Made by a program: the position numbers and the translations under genes. The notes below the pieces were generated by a model. It made no database searches, was not told the origin of the DNA, and was given only the letters and a program-made list of their open reading frames with translations. A DNA stretch of 64,000 nucleotides from an uncultured Gammaproteobacteria bacterium (GTDB lineage: Bacteria > Patescibacteriota > Patescibacteriia > S139-126), in assembly GCA_964620905.1 (NCBI GenBank), contig CAZUKA010000001.1, positions 519,646-583,645 on the forward strand, written 5' to 3'. Below, in pieces: positions 16,681 to 25,567 of the stretch (positions are counted from its first letter, which is position 1; every line of letters begins with the position of its first letter).

Positions 16681-19108
16681 ACCAGACAAAAACTTAATAG
16701 CGACATACATGTCGCTCAGTAGCAAGAAGGCCGATGAATATCTGGCTAATTTAGCGAATCAAATAAAAACAGAAATTCAGAACTCATCAGATTATGATGA
16801 AATTTTTGAGTATTTGGAATTACTTGGAGAATTTGTTTATAAAGCACCTAACGAAACTACTCGGATCGTAAGCCACATTGTGGATAAAAAACCCAATCCT
16901 CCAGCCACTCACAAATCTCCATTCGGTGAGTTTGAAGGAAAGTCATACAAGGACTTGATATTGAAGTGTATCGAACTACTTGGTCATATCAGATATATTG
17001 CTCCGGATGATGTCTTGAAATTAATTGCGCAGCTTTCGCTATCAGAAGACCAAAATATAAAAAGCAAAACTCTAGAAGCCTTAAAAAAGTTTGCTCAATA
17101 CGATTTTAATGTCCTTACCAAGAGTAAAATTGGTTATGGAGCACAGAGAAAGGCTCTTGATTTCATCCTTGCATGGACCCGTGATGAGCAATTTCAACAT
17201 ATTGATTTTGTTGAAAAAGTATTAAGAGAGTTGCTTAGCGCTTCTGTAGAAGGAACCACGTCAGGATTAAACGATGAAGCACAGTATACAATAACGATGC
17301 ATTTTGGTGCTGTCTCGCCAACAGATTTTTTGAAGAAATTGCGCCGTGAGGTAATAGATCTTGTATATGAGTTATATTCAACAACCAAAGATTCAAAATT
17401 AAAATTAAAACTTGTAGAGATTCTTGATGAAACAACACGGACTCCCTCAAATGTAGCTTATGGAGATGATGTAGCTCAAATGATTGTTGATGATCTTAAA
17501 TATCTAACTGGAATTTATCGTAAAATCATCTTCCCAGAAACCGGAAAGATGAATGATCATTTAGGCATCATTGCCACTGTTGAGGAGCGACTCTATTGGA
17601 TTAACAGAAGCGAGAAAAGGCGTGCTGAAGAATCGGAACAACTACGTCAAGATATTTTGAATGACGAACTGTATCATCTTTTCAGGTTACTTGTTGGGGA
17701 CCCTGTTACATATCAGGAACAGGAAGGTTGGAATACGGCTGAAAAAAATAGAGCCGAAGAGACTGAGCAAGTCATAAGCTCAATTGAGGAAACTGAAATT
17801 GAAAAATGGCTTGAAAAATTTAATAAAATTGCTTCTCAGCATGTGCTTGTTGATGAGTGGAAATTTAACCCCTTTAAAGGACTTTTAAGAAAGCTTGCTG
17901 AAACAAAACCTATTGTAGCTGAGAAAATCTTAGAAAGTGTGTTCGTAAGCAATGCCCCTCTCAAGCATTTTACTAGCAGCTTCTTGGATGGTTTTAGAAT
18001 GGGTTCCCATTTCAAACAATGGGATAAATTTATATCGAAAATCATTGAGAATAAAGATACTTCTTTGATAAGTGGGATAGTTTTCTCTCTTAATCTTCCC
18101 GCTGATGCAGACTTACAGAAGCTTATGAGAGAAGAGGATATTGATTTACTTAAAAAAATAGCAAATCGAGTTGACCAATTTTCATTCCTTGATCAGGAAG
18201 ATGACCGGGTCCTGTTATATGCCCTCTTTAATACTTTGTCTCGTAATTTCCAGCGCGCCCCTCAAAGCATTGAGCCGCTAATTGTAGAGCAGATAAAGAA
18301 ACACCCTAAATATTTGGGTATGTTTTTCTCTGAGTTATCAATGATTACTCATAGGAAGTGGATCGATATCAAAAATCTACAACCCGAAACCATTGCTTTT
18401 CTTGAGGAGAAAATTGTTGAGCTTCCTGATGTTGATTGGCACGTTCAAGAGCTGTTGTTAGAAATCGGACAACAATATGGTCTTGGCAAAGTACTGGACG
18501 TGTTTATGAATAGAATTAAAAAAGATGCAGAGAAAGATAAAAAGAAGCCACGACGTATTGGTGACGATAGGTATGAAGTGATTCCTTACCATTTCAACCC
18601 AGACTTAAGTGCGTTTATTACTGAGCACGAAGACTACATAAAAATTGCTGGCAGTTGGGTTGCTGAAATGACTACCGACTGGAGTGGCTACAATTGGCAC
18701 GTTAGTCATTTTCTACAAAGGAATGGTAAAGGGTTTGATGAAATCTTGGCCTCTCTTATAGAGAAAGGTGATGACGAGAGCTTATTGAAAGCAGCTCGTG
18801 CTATGCATTCTATTGAAGGAACTAATTTTGATTTGTGTATTGAAATAGTACGCCAAACTGATAATAAAAGAGTTTTAAGTCAGGTCGACAGCAATATGTA
18901 CACAACTGGTGTCGTGTCAGGTGAGTATGGACTAGCGGAAGCCTATGAGGCTAAAGCAAAAGCACTAGAAAAATATAAAAATGATGAAAGTAAACGAGTT
19001 ATGAAATTTGCGGAAAGAATGATAGTAAGTTTTCTTGATAGTGCAAAAAGAGAACGCCAGCGCACGGACGAAGAAAAACAGCTAAGAAAAATTGAATTTG
19101 AGGAATAA
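16670..19108 (+). CDS. Large all-helical (ARM/HEAT/TPR-like) protein, putative defence sensor
   Basis: 812 aa of amphipathic helices; C-terminal 'TGVVSGEYGLAEAYE' motif; 11-nt overlap with the upstream nuclease gene. Confidence 0.6.
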   Translation: MKIKPDKNLIATYMSLSSKKADEYLANLANQIKTEIQNSSDYDEIFEYLELLGEFVYKAPNETTRIVSHIVDKKPNPPATHKSPFGEFEGKSYKDLILKCIELLGHIRYIAPDDVLKLIAQLSLSEDQNIKSKTLEALKKFAQYDFNVLTKSKIGYGAQRKALDFILAWTRDEQFQHIDFVEKVLRELLSASVEGTTSGLNDEAQYTITMHFGAVSPTDFLKKLRREVIDLVYELYSTTKDSKLKLKLVEILDETTRTPSNVAYGDDVAQMIVDDLKYLTGIYRKIIFPETGKMNDHLGIIATVEERLYWINRSEKRRAEESEQLRQDILNDELYHLFRLLVGDPVTYQEQEGWNTAEKNRAEETEQVISSIEETEIEKWLEKFNKIASQHVLVDEWKFNPFKGLLRKLAETKPIVAEKILESVFVSNAPLKHFTSSFLDGFRMGSHFKQWDKFISKIIENKDTSLISGIVFSLNLPADADLQKLMREEDIDLLKKIANRVDQFSFLDQEDDRVLLYALFNTLSRNFQRAPQSIEPLIVEQIKKHPKYLGMFFSELSMITHRKWIDIKNLQPETIAFLEEKIVELPDVDWHVQELLLEIGQQYGLGKVLDVFMNRIKKDAEKDKKKPRRIGDDRYEVIPYHFNPDLSAFITEHEDYIKIAGSWVAEMTTDWSGYNWHVSHFLQRNGKGFDEILASLIEKGDDESLLKAARAMHSIEGTNFDLCIEIVRQTDNKRVLSQVDSNMYTTGVVSGEYGLAEAYEAKAKALEKYKNDESKRVMKFAERMIVSFLDSAKRERQRTDEEKQLRKIEFEE

Positions 19109-19112
19109 AAGT

Positions 19113-19445
19113 ATGGAAATCGAATCAAAAAAACAAATTCTTGAACGGCGGAAAGAGATTGAGCAGGAACTCGTGGAAAAGCTCAAAGAGACCGAGAGTG
19201 ATTTTACTTTGGATCATGTCCGGGATGCTATTTATAACGAGGAAGAAAGCGACGACATGATGAAAGTTGTTGCTATGTTTGATGGTTCGACTTCGCTCAC
19301 CACAGGTCGCGGTGGTGATGCCACCGAGCTTGAAAATGTGCTCGAGTTGGTCAGCGATGCGTGGAATTATTTTCCGCACAAAGTACTCGGTGGCATCTCT
19401 CCGGCCGAGAAATTATTAGAGCATCACAATAAAACTAAAAAATAA
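19113..19445 (+). CDS. Conserved-looking small acidic protein carrying an apparent in-frame palindrome insertion
   Basis: ATG at 19113 with GAGG SD; 'DAWNYFPHKVLGGISPAE' motif. Confidence 0.65.
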   Translation: MEIESKKQILERRKEIEQELVEKLKETESDFTLDHVRDAIYNEEESDDMMKVVAMFDGSTSLTTGRGGDATELENVLELVSDAWNYFPHKVLGGISPAEKLLEHHNKTKK

Positions 19446-19447
19446 AT

Positions 19448-19924
19448 ATGAAAATCAACAACACATTCAAACTCATCATCGCAATAGTTGTTTCTGAGCT
19501 GGCAGGTATCATCGGTTCGGTGTTTACGACTCCGTCTATTGATGGCTGGTACTCGACGCTTGTTAGGCCAGCACTTAATCCTCCGGCATGGGTATTCGGA
19601 CCCGTCTGGACGACCCTCTTTGCCCTTATGGGCATTGCGGCGTTTCTTGTTTGGAAAAAAGGATTGGATCGCAGGGATGTAAAAATCGCTCTCGGCATAT
19701 TTCTCGGCCAGCTAGTGCTCAATACACTCTGGTCAATCATCTTTTTCGGCCTGCATTCTCCGGGCGGCGCGTTTATTGAGATCATATTCCTCTGGCTTGC
19801 CATTCTTACTACGATCATCGCTTTTGCACGTATCTCGAAACCGGCCGCCTGGCTTCTTGTGCCATATATCCTCTGGGTCAGCTTTGCCGCGTATCTTAAT
19901 TACTCTATTTGGATGTTGAATTAA
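19448..19924 (+). CDS. tspO: TspO/MBR tryptophan-rich sensory protein
   Basis: WY..L.RP.LNPP.WVFGPVWT, LN.LWS.IFFG, LLVPY..WVSFA..LN motifs. Confidence 0.95.
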   Translation: MKINNTFKLIIAIVVSELAGIIGSVFTTPSIDGWYSTLVRPALNPPAWVFGPVWTTLFALMGIAAFLVWKKGLDRRDVKIALGIFLGQLVLNTLWSIIFFGLHSPGGAFIEIIFLWLAILTTIIAFARISKPAAWLLVPYILWVSFAAYLNYSIWMLN

Positions 19925-19928
19925 ACAT

Positions 19929-20396
19929 ATGGAACACTACAAACACACTCAAATTGGTTATCTGATGATCTTTATAACGCTCATGGTGCTGGTCTTTTTC
20001 GCATGGCTTCAGATTACGGCTAGAGCCGAGCCGCCCTCTGTTGATTCAGGTGCAAATTTTGCTATGACAGCCGTCATGGTACTGGTAGTGCTTATTCTTG
20101 CATCTTTCGGCTGGCTTACCGTGAGAGTTGACGAACAACATGTGGCAATCAAGTTTGGCTGGGGAATATTCCGCAAAAAATTCTCAACAAGTGAGATTGC
20201 TTCGGTCGCGCAGGTAAAAAATCATTGGTATTACGGATGGGGCATCCGATTGTGGTTTTGGCCGAAAATGTGGATTTATAATGTCTCCGGCTTTGATGCC
20301 ATAGAGCTGACTATGAAAAACGGAAAAATCTATCGCATCGGCACTGACGAGACAGAAAAACTTGAGTCCGCAATCAAGCGAGTCATATTTGCTTAA
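19929..20396 (+). CDS. Two-TM membrane protein with PH-like cytoplasmic domain
   Basis: Two TM helices then 'WYYGWGIR...YNVSG..AIEL...IGTDE' motif. Confidence 0.7.
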   Translation: MEHYKHTQIGYLMIFITLMVLVFFAWLQITARAEPPSVDSGANFAMTAVMVLVVLILASFGWLTVRVDEQHVAIKFGWGIFRKKFSTSEIASVAQVKNHWYYGWGIRLWFWPKMWIYNVSGFDAIELTMKNGKIYRIGTDETEKLESAIKRVIFA

Positions 20397-20533
20397 CTTT
20401 TCAGAAATTAAGCAAATCGTCCCAGGCTCTCAAATTTCGTCCAATGGCTTGGTGAGTCTGCAACATGGGTCAAACGTCTAGCCCGGGGACAAAGCTCGCC
20501 CCCGGGGCAAACAAACGGCAATTCCGGTGGGTT

Positions 20534-20647
20534 CTAAACGTGTTCGTATTTGGCGAGTAAACCTTTCATCTGGTCGAGCATAACCGTCGGGTATTTGTAC
20601 TCTTTGATCCAGTCAAACGCTCGAAAGTCACGGAGAAGGGCGAGCCA
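20534..20647 (-). other. ATG-less alternative integrase C-terminus (WLALLRDFRAFDWIKEYKYPTVMLDQMKGLLAKYEHV*), joined to the integrase only on the excised circle
   Basis: Open frame starting at the GAGCCAT core with the same W-L codons (TGG CTC) as the integrase at 7956-7961; TAG at 20534-20536; GC hairpin 20481-20508 downstream. Confidence 0.75.
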
Positions 20648-20684
20648 TGAAAATTGCGTCACCATTAGGTGGCGCTATTTTCAT
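20647..20684 (+). terminator. Hairpin that would directly follow tRNA-Asn CCA in the empty site
   Basis: ATGAAAAT-TGCGTCACC-ATTA-GGTGGCGCT-ATTTTCAT. Confidence 0.55.
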
Positions 20685-20723
20685 ATCTGGGAGGATGAGA
20701 AGTTTATCCCGCCAACGGCGGGA

Positions 20724-20744
20724 AGTCCGACCCGCGGAGCCATA
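20724..20744 (+). repeat. 21-bp direct repeat of the tRNA-Asn 3' end
   Basis: AGTCCGACCCGCGGAGCCATA identical to 7943-7963; followed by a terminator-like hairpin. Confidence 0.9.
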
Positions 20745-20865
20745 ACAAAGAACACCACATTTATTGGTGTTTTTTGTATAGGGCAAGTGAAGGTTATAAT
20801 CAAACTTTATAATTTTGTGTATAATTATACATAGACCTTAAATTTAATAATTAAGTTGTATAATT

Positions 20866-21420
20866 ATGTGGGAATTATTTATTGATATTTTAGCTAGTTT
20901 ATGCTCATTTGTGCTCTCAATATCTATTTTTATTATTTTGCCGATCGCATTATATAGAGGTATTAAGAAAAAGAATTGGAAATTATTAAGAATTGTTTTA
21001 TTCACGATCATTTCATCTGCCGGTATTTATACTTTACTCATCTTTTCTATATTACCATCATTAATAAATGAGCCTATTAAAACCCAAAGTAGTGTAGATA
21101 ATTTGTTACCTATGTACGGTGGAGAAAATCGAATAAAAACATCTTCTCAAATAGAAGCAGACGAAAAATTTATATCAGAAATGATTGACATTGCAGGAAG
21201 TAGAGAGGAAGCGGCAGAGGGTATCGTAAACGGAGCTTGGGAATTTTTTGAGCAGGGTGATATTGATATAGCGATGAAAAGATTTAATCAAGCTTGGCTA
21301 CTAGACCCACAGAATATAGAAGCTTATAAGGGCTTCGCCGCAATTTTAGAAAAGAGAGGTCAGCCTGAAGAAGCACGAAAGATGCTACAAAAAGCTCAAG
21401 ACGTTAGTACTGCAAAGTAA
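20866..21420 (+). CDS. Membrane-anchored TPR protein
   Basis: Two TM helices; 'LLPMYGG' and 'AMKRFNQAWLLDP..EAY.G' TPR motif. Confidence 0.8.
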   Translation: MWELFIDILASLCSFVLSISIFIILPIALYRGIKKKNWKLLRIVLFTIISSAGIYTLLIFSILPSLINEPIKTQSSVDNLLPMYGGENRIKTSSQIEADEKFISEMIDIAGSREEAAEGIVNGAWEFFEQGDIDIAMKRFNQAWLLDPQNIEAYKGFAAILEKRGQPEEARKMLQKAQDVSTAK

Positions 21421-21987
21421 AATATAATATATATTAATAAAAACTATTGTTATATGGAGAGTAGGGTAGACTAGAAAGTATATATTACACCACACCGCTG
21501 GTTCTAATTTTCTCCACATTATGAAATATACCTAATGAAGGTAGTTAAATTTTTTAGTTCCTAGCGACCGTGTTGTTTAGTAATAGTTTGTCAGTTATAA
21601 TATAGAATACTCCACTAAGGGGTATTTTTGTGAAAATGTTTTTTTATTGACAAAACAGTAAAAGTGTAACGTTTTTTAAATAACTGCCCATTATATAAAT
21701 GTATAATTGTGTTAATAATTAACAATAAAAATATGGATAAAAAAATGTATATAAATAGCACCATAGGTCTTGCTATTTTGACCATATTTATCCCAAGAGT
21801 TCTTTTATAGTAACTTTTTCTCAATCTGTTACAATTACTAATATATACACATCCTATCCAGACATTCTAAACTAATATAATTTATTTCAATTATCACCTA
21901 AAGGCTTAACTATTTGTTAAGCCTTTTTAATTATTTAAGTTATATTTATTTAACTCTTTCTTACTAATTTTTATGGATAAATATATC

Positions 21988-22060
21988 CTAGTAAGTTCGG
22001 TAAGTATGTAATCTGTGGAGCCATACAAAAACCACCAATCTTTATTGGTGTTTTTTGTAT
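21988..22060. repeat. Degenerate second att remnant (GGAGCCATA core) plus copy of the 20745-20779 terminator
   Basis: ctgtGGAGCCATA followed by a hairpin ending TTTATTGGTGTTTTTTGTAT, as after 20744; minus strand reads WLHRLHTYRTY*. Confidence 0.65.
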
Positions 22061-22185
22061 ATCTGGATTACCATTTCAAATTTCATAATATGTTTGACGA
22101 ATTATAAATATATGTTAGTATAATTTATTACATAAAAAGCTATTTAACAATTCAAAAAATATATTTATTTAAAGAGGAGGTTCTT

Positions 22186-22974
22186 ATGTGGTATTTAATC
22201 TATAAATTGCTACGCCCTATCTTACCAATCTCAAGTGGTCTAGCTGCTTGGATAGTTTCTCAAGCTTGTGGTGCTAATATTCAATCATCCATAGCTGCTG
22301 CCGCATCTATTGGAACTGGTACAATCGGAGCTAGTTTTTATCATTATGGTGGGGCAAACTGGATGTATGCTCGCAAATCCGAACGATTAAAATTTTCTGA
22401 TCCTCAAATCATTATGTTGATCGGACTAGCTATTTGTTGTTTATCTATTGCTATTGCGATTCAATGGTTACCGAAACATTGTGTGTATATTGCTTTATTC
22501 AATACTATTGCAGTTGCTGCCTACTCAGCCAAACTTTCTTCACATTGGATTACTAAAAATCTCACTATGAGCTTAGTTTGTGCTACCCCTGTAGCCATAG
22601 GCTGGCAAGCAGGAAATGTCACCCACCCGATAGTACCTTGGGCACTTGGGATAGCAATACTAGCTCATCTGGCAAGAGAGATGATTAAAGACGTCAAAGA
22701 TATTATTGCCAATAATGGAAAACGTATTACATTACCTATGGTATTAGGGACAAGTAGAGTACTTCAAATTTCCGGCAGTTTGCTGATAGCGGCTGGGGTA
22801 ATGATTATTTCCTTACTACAGTTTACTGGGAGTATATTTCAACAGTTTATGATAGCTTTATCAGTAATAATATTTCTCTTCACCGCTAGTCATCTCATAA
22901 TTCATAAACAGGCGATGCAAAGTGAAACTGCGATTACTATAGGTATATTTTTTATCTTGCTGGCATTAATATAG
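22186..22974 (+). CDS. UbiA-family prenyltransferase-like membrane protein (DGGGP-synthase-like, degenerate motifs)
   Basis: 'KLLRP', 'AYSAKL....KNL', 'AREMIKDVKD......RITLPMVLG' motifs; multiple TM helices. Confidence 0.7.
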   Translation: MWYLIYKLLRPILPISSGLAAWIVSQACGANIQSSIAAAASIGTGTIGASFYHYGGANWMYARKSERLKFSDPQIIMLIGLAICCLSIAIAIQWLPKHCVYIALFNTIAVAAYSAKLSSHWITKNLTMSLVCATPVAIGWQAGNVTHPIVPWALGIAILAHLAREMIKDVKDIIANNGKRITLPMVLGTSRVLQISGSLLIAAGVMIISLLQFTGSIFQQFMIALSVIIFLFTASHLIIHKQAMQSETAITIGIFFILLALI

Positions 22975-23134
22975 ATTATATTTATATATTTAGACTGTCT
23001 ATCAAGGCAGTCTTTTTATTTAGTTAAGTAAACAAATTCCTATAATTAATAAGATAATTGACAATTATTGAAACTATAATTAAAATAGTTTATTAGTCCT
23101 TTATATAAAATATATAAACAAATCAGGAGAAAAA

Positions 23135-23359
23135 ATGAACTGCCAAAAAAAAGATTGTCTAGGGACAATAAATACTGATATCAACATAAATTTACAAACT
23201 GGCTGCAACTGCTGCTTTGGCCGAGCTTTAGCTCACCCCTGTAACCAGTGTGGTCGTCTGCACTGGTCAGAAAGTGGTAATCTGGTTTTCAACCGAGCAG
23301 AAGAAGCTGCTTATCTTGAAAACGGACAAATAGTCCATAAACAACAATCACAAAAATAG
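23135..23359 (+). CDS. Small Cys-rich (putative Zn-binding) ORFan
   Basis: CxxxxC, CNCC and CNQCGRLH; TTGACA-N17-TAAAAT promoter, AGGAG SD, terminator. Confidence 0.65.
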   Translation: MNCQKKDCLGTINTDININLQTGCNCCFGRALAHPCNQCGRLHWSESGNLVFNRAEEAAYLENGQIVHKQQSQK

Positions 23360-23480
23360 TTTAACAAAACCAAGCAAATACTTGGTTTTTTTATTTTCTT
23401 TTCTACAAAACTATTTACAAAAAAAACAATAACTGCTAGAATAATAAATCTTTCATTAACAATAAACAAAGGAAATAATA

Positions 23481-24200
23481 ATGGAAAAAAACAACCAACC
23501 TATTGTTTTTCCGTCACTGTCAATCGACTTTCCCAAAAAGATCTATCATGAGATATATGAATTGACAAACAGACAAAACAGTTCCTACCAACATCCCACT
23601 TTTCGTGGTTCCTTTACCACCTTGCATGTCTGGCATGCGCTTCGGAGTGCTTATATCCATTTCAAAACATTTTATCCAAACTTTAAATATCTTTATGATT
23701 TTAAAGATTATGATGAATATCAACCGCTGGAAATAGTTGAACACTTAAGAGGCATGTTAACTAAAACCGATATACAAACTGATGGTCAGTATGCCAAACT
23801 TCTCAACTGGGAACATTTGGGTGAATGCCATACCCATTTTGAATTTTTTATCCAACTAGTTGATTCTTTTTTGGAAGCAGTCCAAGGTTTATCTTTTGGA
23901 GTTAAATTCGATCAGCGAATGGAAAAATTTTTAGAAAAAATCAAATCTTTTTCTGTTATTCAACAACAGATTATCAACGACTACTTACAAAAAAATAATC
24001 ACAAACCAATCACCTATGCTTTTTCTAAGGAACATTCAAAAATAATCTATTTCCATTCTACCGAATGGGGTGAGAAAAAAACTTCAGAATTTTTGGTAAA
24101 TTATATCGTGCCGCTTCTTATAGAAAACAACAATCTTCAGCTAACAACTGAAAAACTCCTGGCGCTAATCACCAGATTTGAGAATTCATACACCAACTAA
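23481..24200 (+). CDS. Hypothetical protein (ORFan cassette)
   Basis: 239-aa ORF with TTTACA-N17-TAGAAT promoter, AAGGA SD and terminator. Confidence 0.65.
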   Translation: MEKNNQPIVFPSLSIDFPKKIYHEIYELTNRQNSSYQHPTFRGSFTTLHVWHALRSAYIHFKTFYPNFKYLYDFKDYDEYQPLEIVEHLRGMLTKTDIQTDGQYAKLLNWEHLGECHTHFEFFIQLVDSFLEAVQGLSFGVKFDQRMEKFLEKIKSFSVIQQQIINDYLQKNNHKPITYAFSKEHSKIIYFHSTEWGEKKTSEFLVNYIVPLLIENNNLQLTTEKLLALITRFENSYTN

Positions 24201-24250
24201 CAAAAAAGAGCAGTTTTTAGCTGCTCTTATTTTATTTTCTAATTTCTAAA

Positions 24251-25534
24251 CTAATAATCCTTCAACTTTTTCATTTGCAAATTCTGTTGAATCTTTTCTA
24301 GGGCTTTGGCTTCAATTTGTCGAATGCGTTCTCTTGTGACACCAAATTCTTGTCCCACTTCTTCCAGGGTATGAGCCACCCCATCAGTCAAACCAAAACG
24401 CATTTCCAAAATTTTTTGCTCTCGGGGAGTAAGCTGACTGATAATTTCTGTCACATGATCTTTCAGTAATCGCAGGGCTGCTACTCGATCCGGGGTAATG
24501 GTTTTTTGGTCTTCAATAAAATCACCCAGTTTGGAATCACCATCATCATCATCACCAACTGATGTCTCTAGTGAAACTGTTTCTTGGGATATTTTCATAA
24601 TATGTAAAATCTTTTCCATCGGCTCGCCCATTTCTGAGGCAATCTCTTCCGGCAAGGGTTCCCTACCTAAATCTTGTATTAATCTACGTTCTACTTGCTG
24701 AAATTTATTGATTGTTTCCACCATATGAACCGGGATTCTGATGGTACGAGACTGATCAGCCAAAGCTCTAGTGATAGCTTGCCTGATCCACCAAGTAGCA
24801 TAAGTAGAAAATTTAAAACCTTTGCGATAATCATATTTTTCAACTGCTCGAAACAGTCCAATATTTCCCTCTTGAATCAAATCAAGCAGTGATAAAGAAC
24901 GGCCGGTAAATTTCTTGGCGATTGATACTACCAAACGCAAATTTGCCTCAATCAAGCGCCGCATAGCTTCTTTGTCATTTTTTTCTTTGCGTTTAGCCAG
25001 TTGTAGCTCTTCTTCACTGGATAAAAGTGGCACTTTACCGATTTCTCGTAAATACATTTGGATGGAATCAGCAGAAATGTCTGTCAAATCCAATCTTTTT
25101 TTATCAATGCCAAAACCAGCTTGTTTTAAAACTTCTTCCCGATTTTCTTTTTGCGACAATAAACCACCACTATATTCAATCACCTGTACAGCAGCCAAAT
25201 CAAGTTTATCCAAAAAAATATAAAATTCCGAAAGGTAATCTTCTACTTCCGGAAAAACAAACATAATTTCGTGCTCAGTCACGAAACCGCGTTGTCGGCC
25301 TTTATGCAACAAACGCTCTATTTGTGTTAGTGGTGGTGGCAAAGCTTTGACACGACGAATAATTTTTGTTTTTTTTGAAATTTTACCCACTAAGGTAATT
25401 TTATCAGCCTTTTTCTTGGCTGTATTTTTTTTCGCACGGCTAGGAGCGGTGCGTTGAGTAGAGATTTTTTTAGTCTGCTTTTTTGAAGCAGGTTTTTTTG
25501 ACGAACCTAATTTTTTTGCCTTTTTAGGGGGCAT
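24251..25534 (-). CDS. rpoD: Primary RNA polymerase sigma factor RpoD/SigA
   Basis: [57 protein letters not shown]. Confidence 0.97.
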   Translation of the reverse strand: MPPKKAKKLGSSKKPASKKQTKKISTQRTAPSRAKKNTAKKKADKITLVGKISKKTKIIRRVKALPPPLTQIERLLHKGRQRGFVTEHEIMFVFPEVEDYLSEFYIFLDKLDLAAVQVIEYSGGLLSQKENREEVLKQAGFGIDKKRLDLTDISADSIQMYLREIGKVPLLSSEEELQLAKRKEKNDKEAMRRLIEANLRLVVSIAKKFTGRSLSLLDLIQEGNIGLFRAVEKYDYRKGFKFSTYATWWIRQAITRALADQSRTIRIPVHMVETINKFQQVERRLIQDLGREPLPEEIASEMGEPMEKILHIMKISQETVSLETSVGDDDDGDSKLGDFIEDQKTITPDRVAALRLLKDHVTEIISQLTPREQKILEMRFGLTDGVAHTLEEVGQEFGVTRERIRQIEAKALEKIQQNLQMKKLKDY

Positions 25535-25567
25535 ATTAATTTTCTTTTTTATTTTTAAATTGTAATT

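Larger units (their letters stand above)
7956..20648. mobile_element. Integrative element (serine-recombinase island) in the 3' end of tRNA-Asn; att core GAGCCAT at 7956-7962 and 20642-20648
   Basis: Integrase abuts the tRNA; GC-richer than flanks; defence cargo; in-frame integrase tail left of 20648; hairpin right of it. A 21-bp tRNA repeat at 20724-20744 is an alternative right boundary. Confidence 0.85.

Noticed and set aside
20550-20834. 94-aa plus-strand ORF
   Set aside because: It spans the att core, hairpins and the tRNA repeat; the meaningful frame is the minus-strand integrase tail.
21615-21824. 69-aa ORF in an AT-rich gap
   Set aside because: TTG start and no recognisable motif; probably decayed island sequence.
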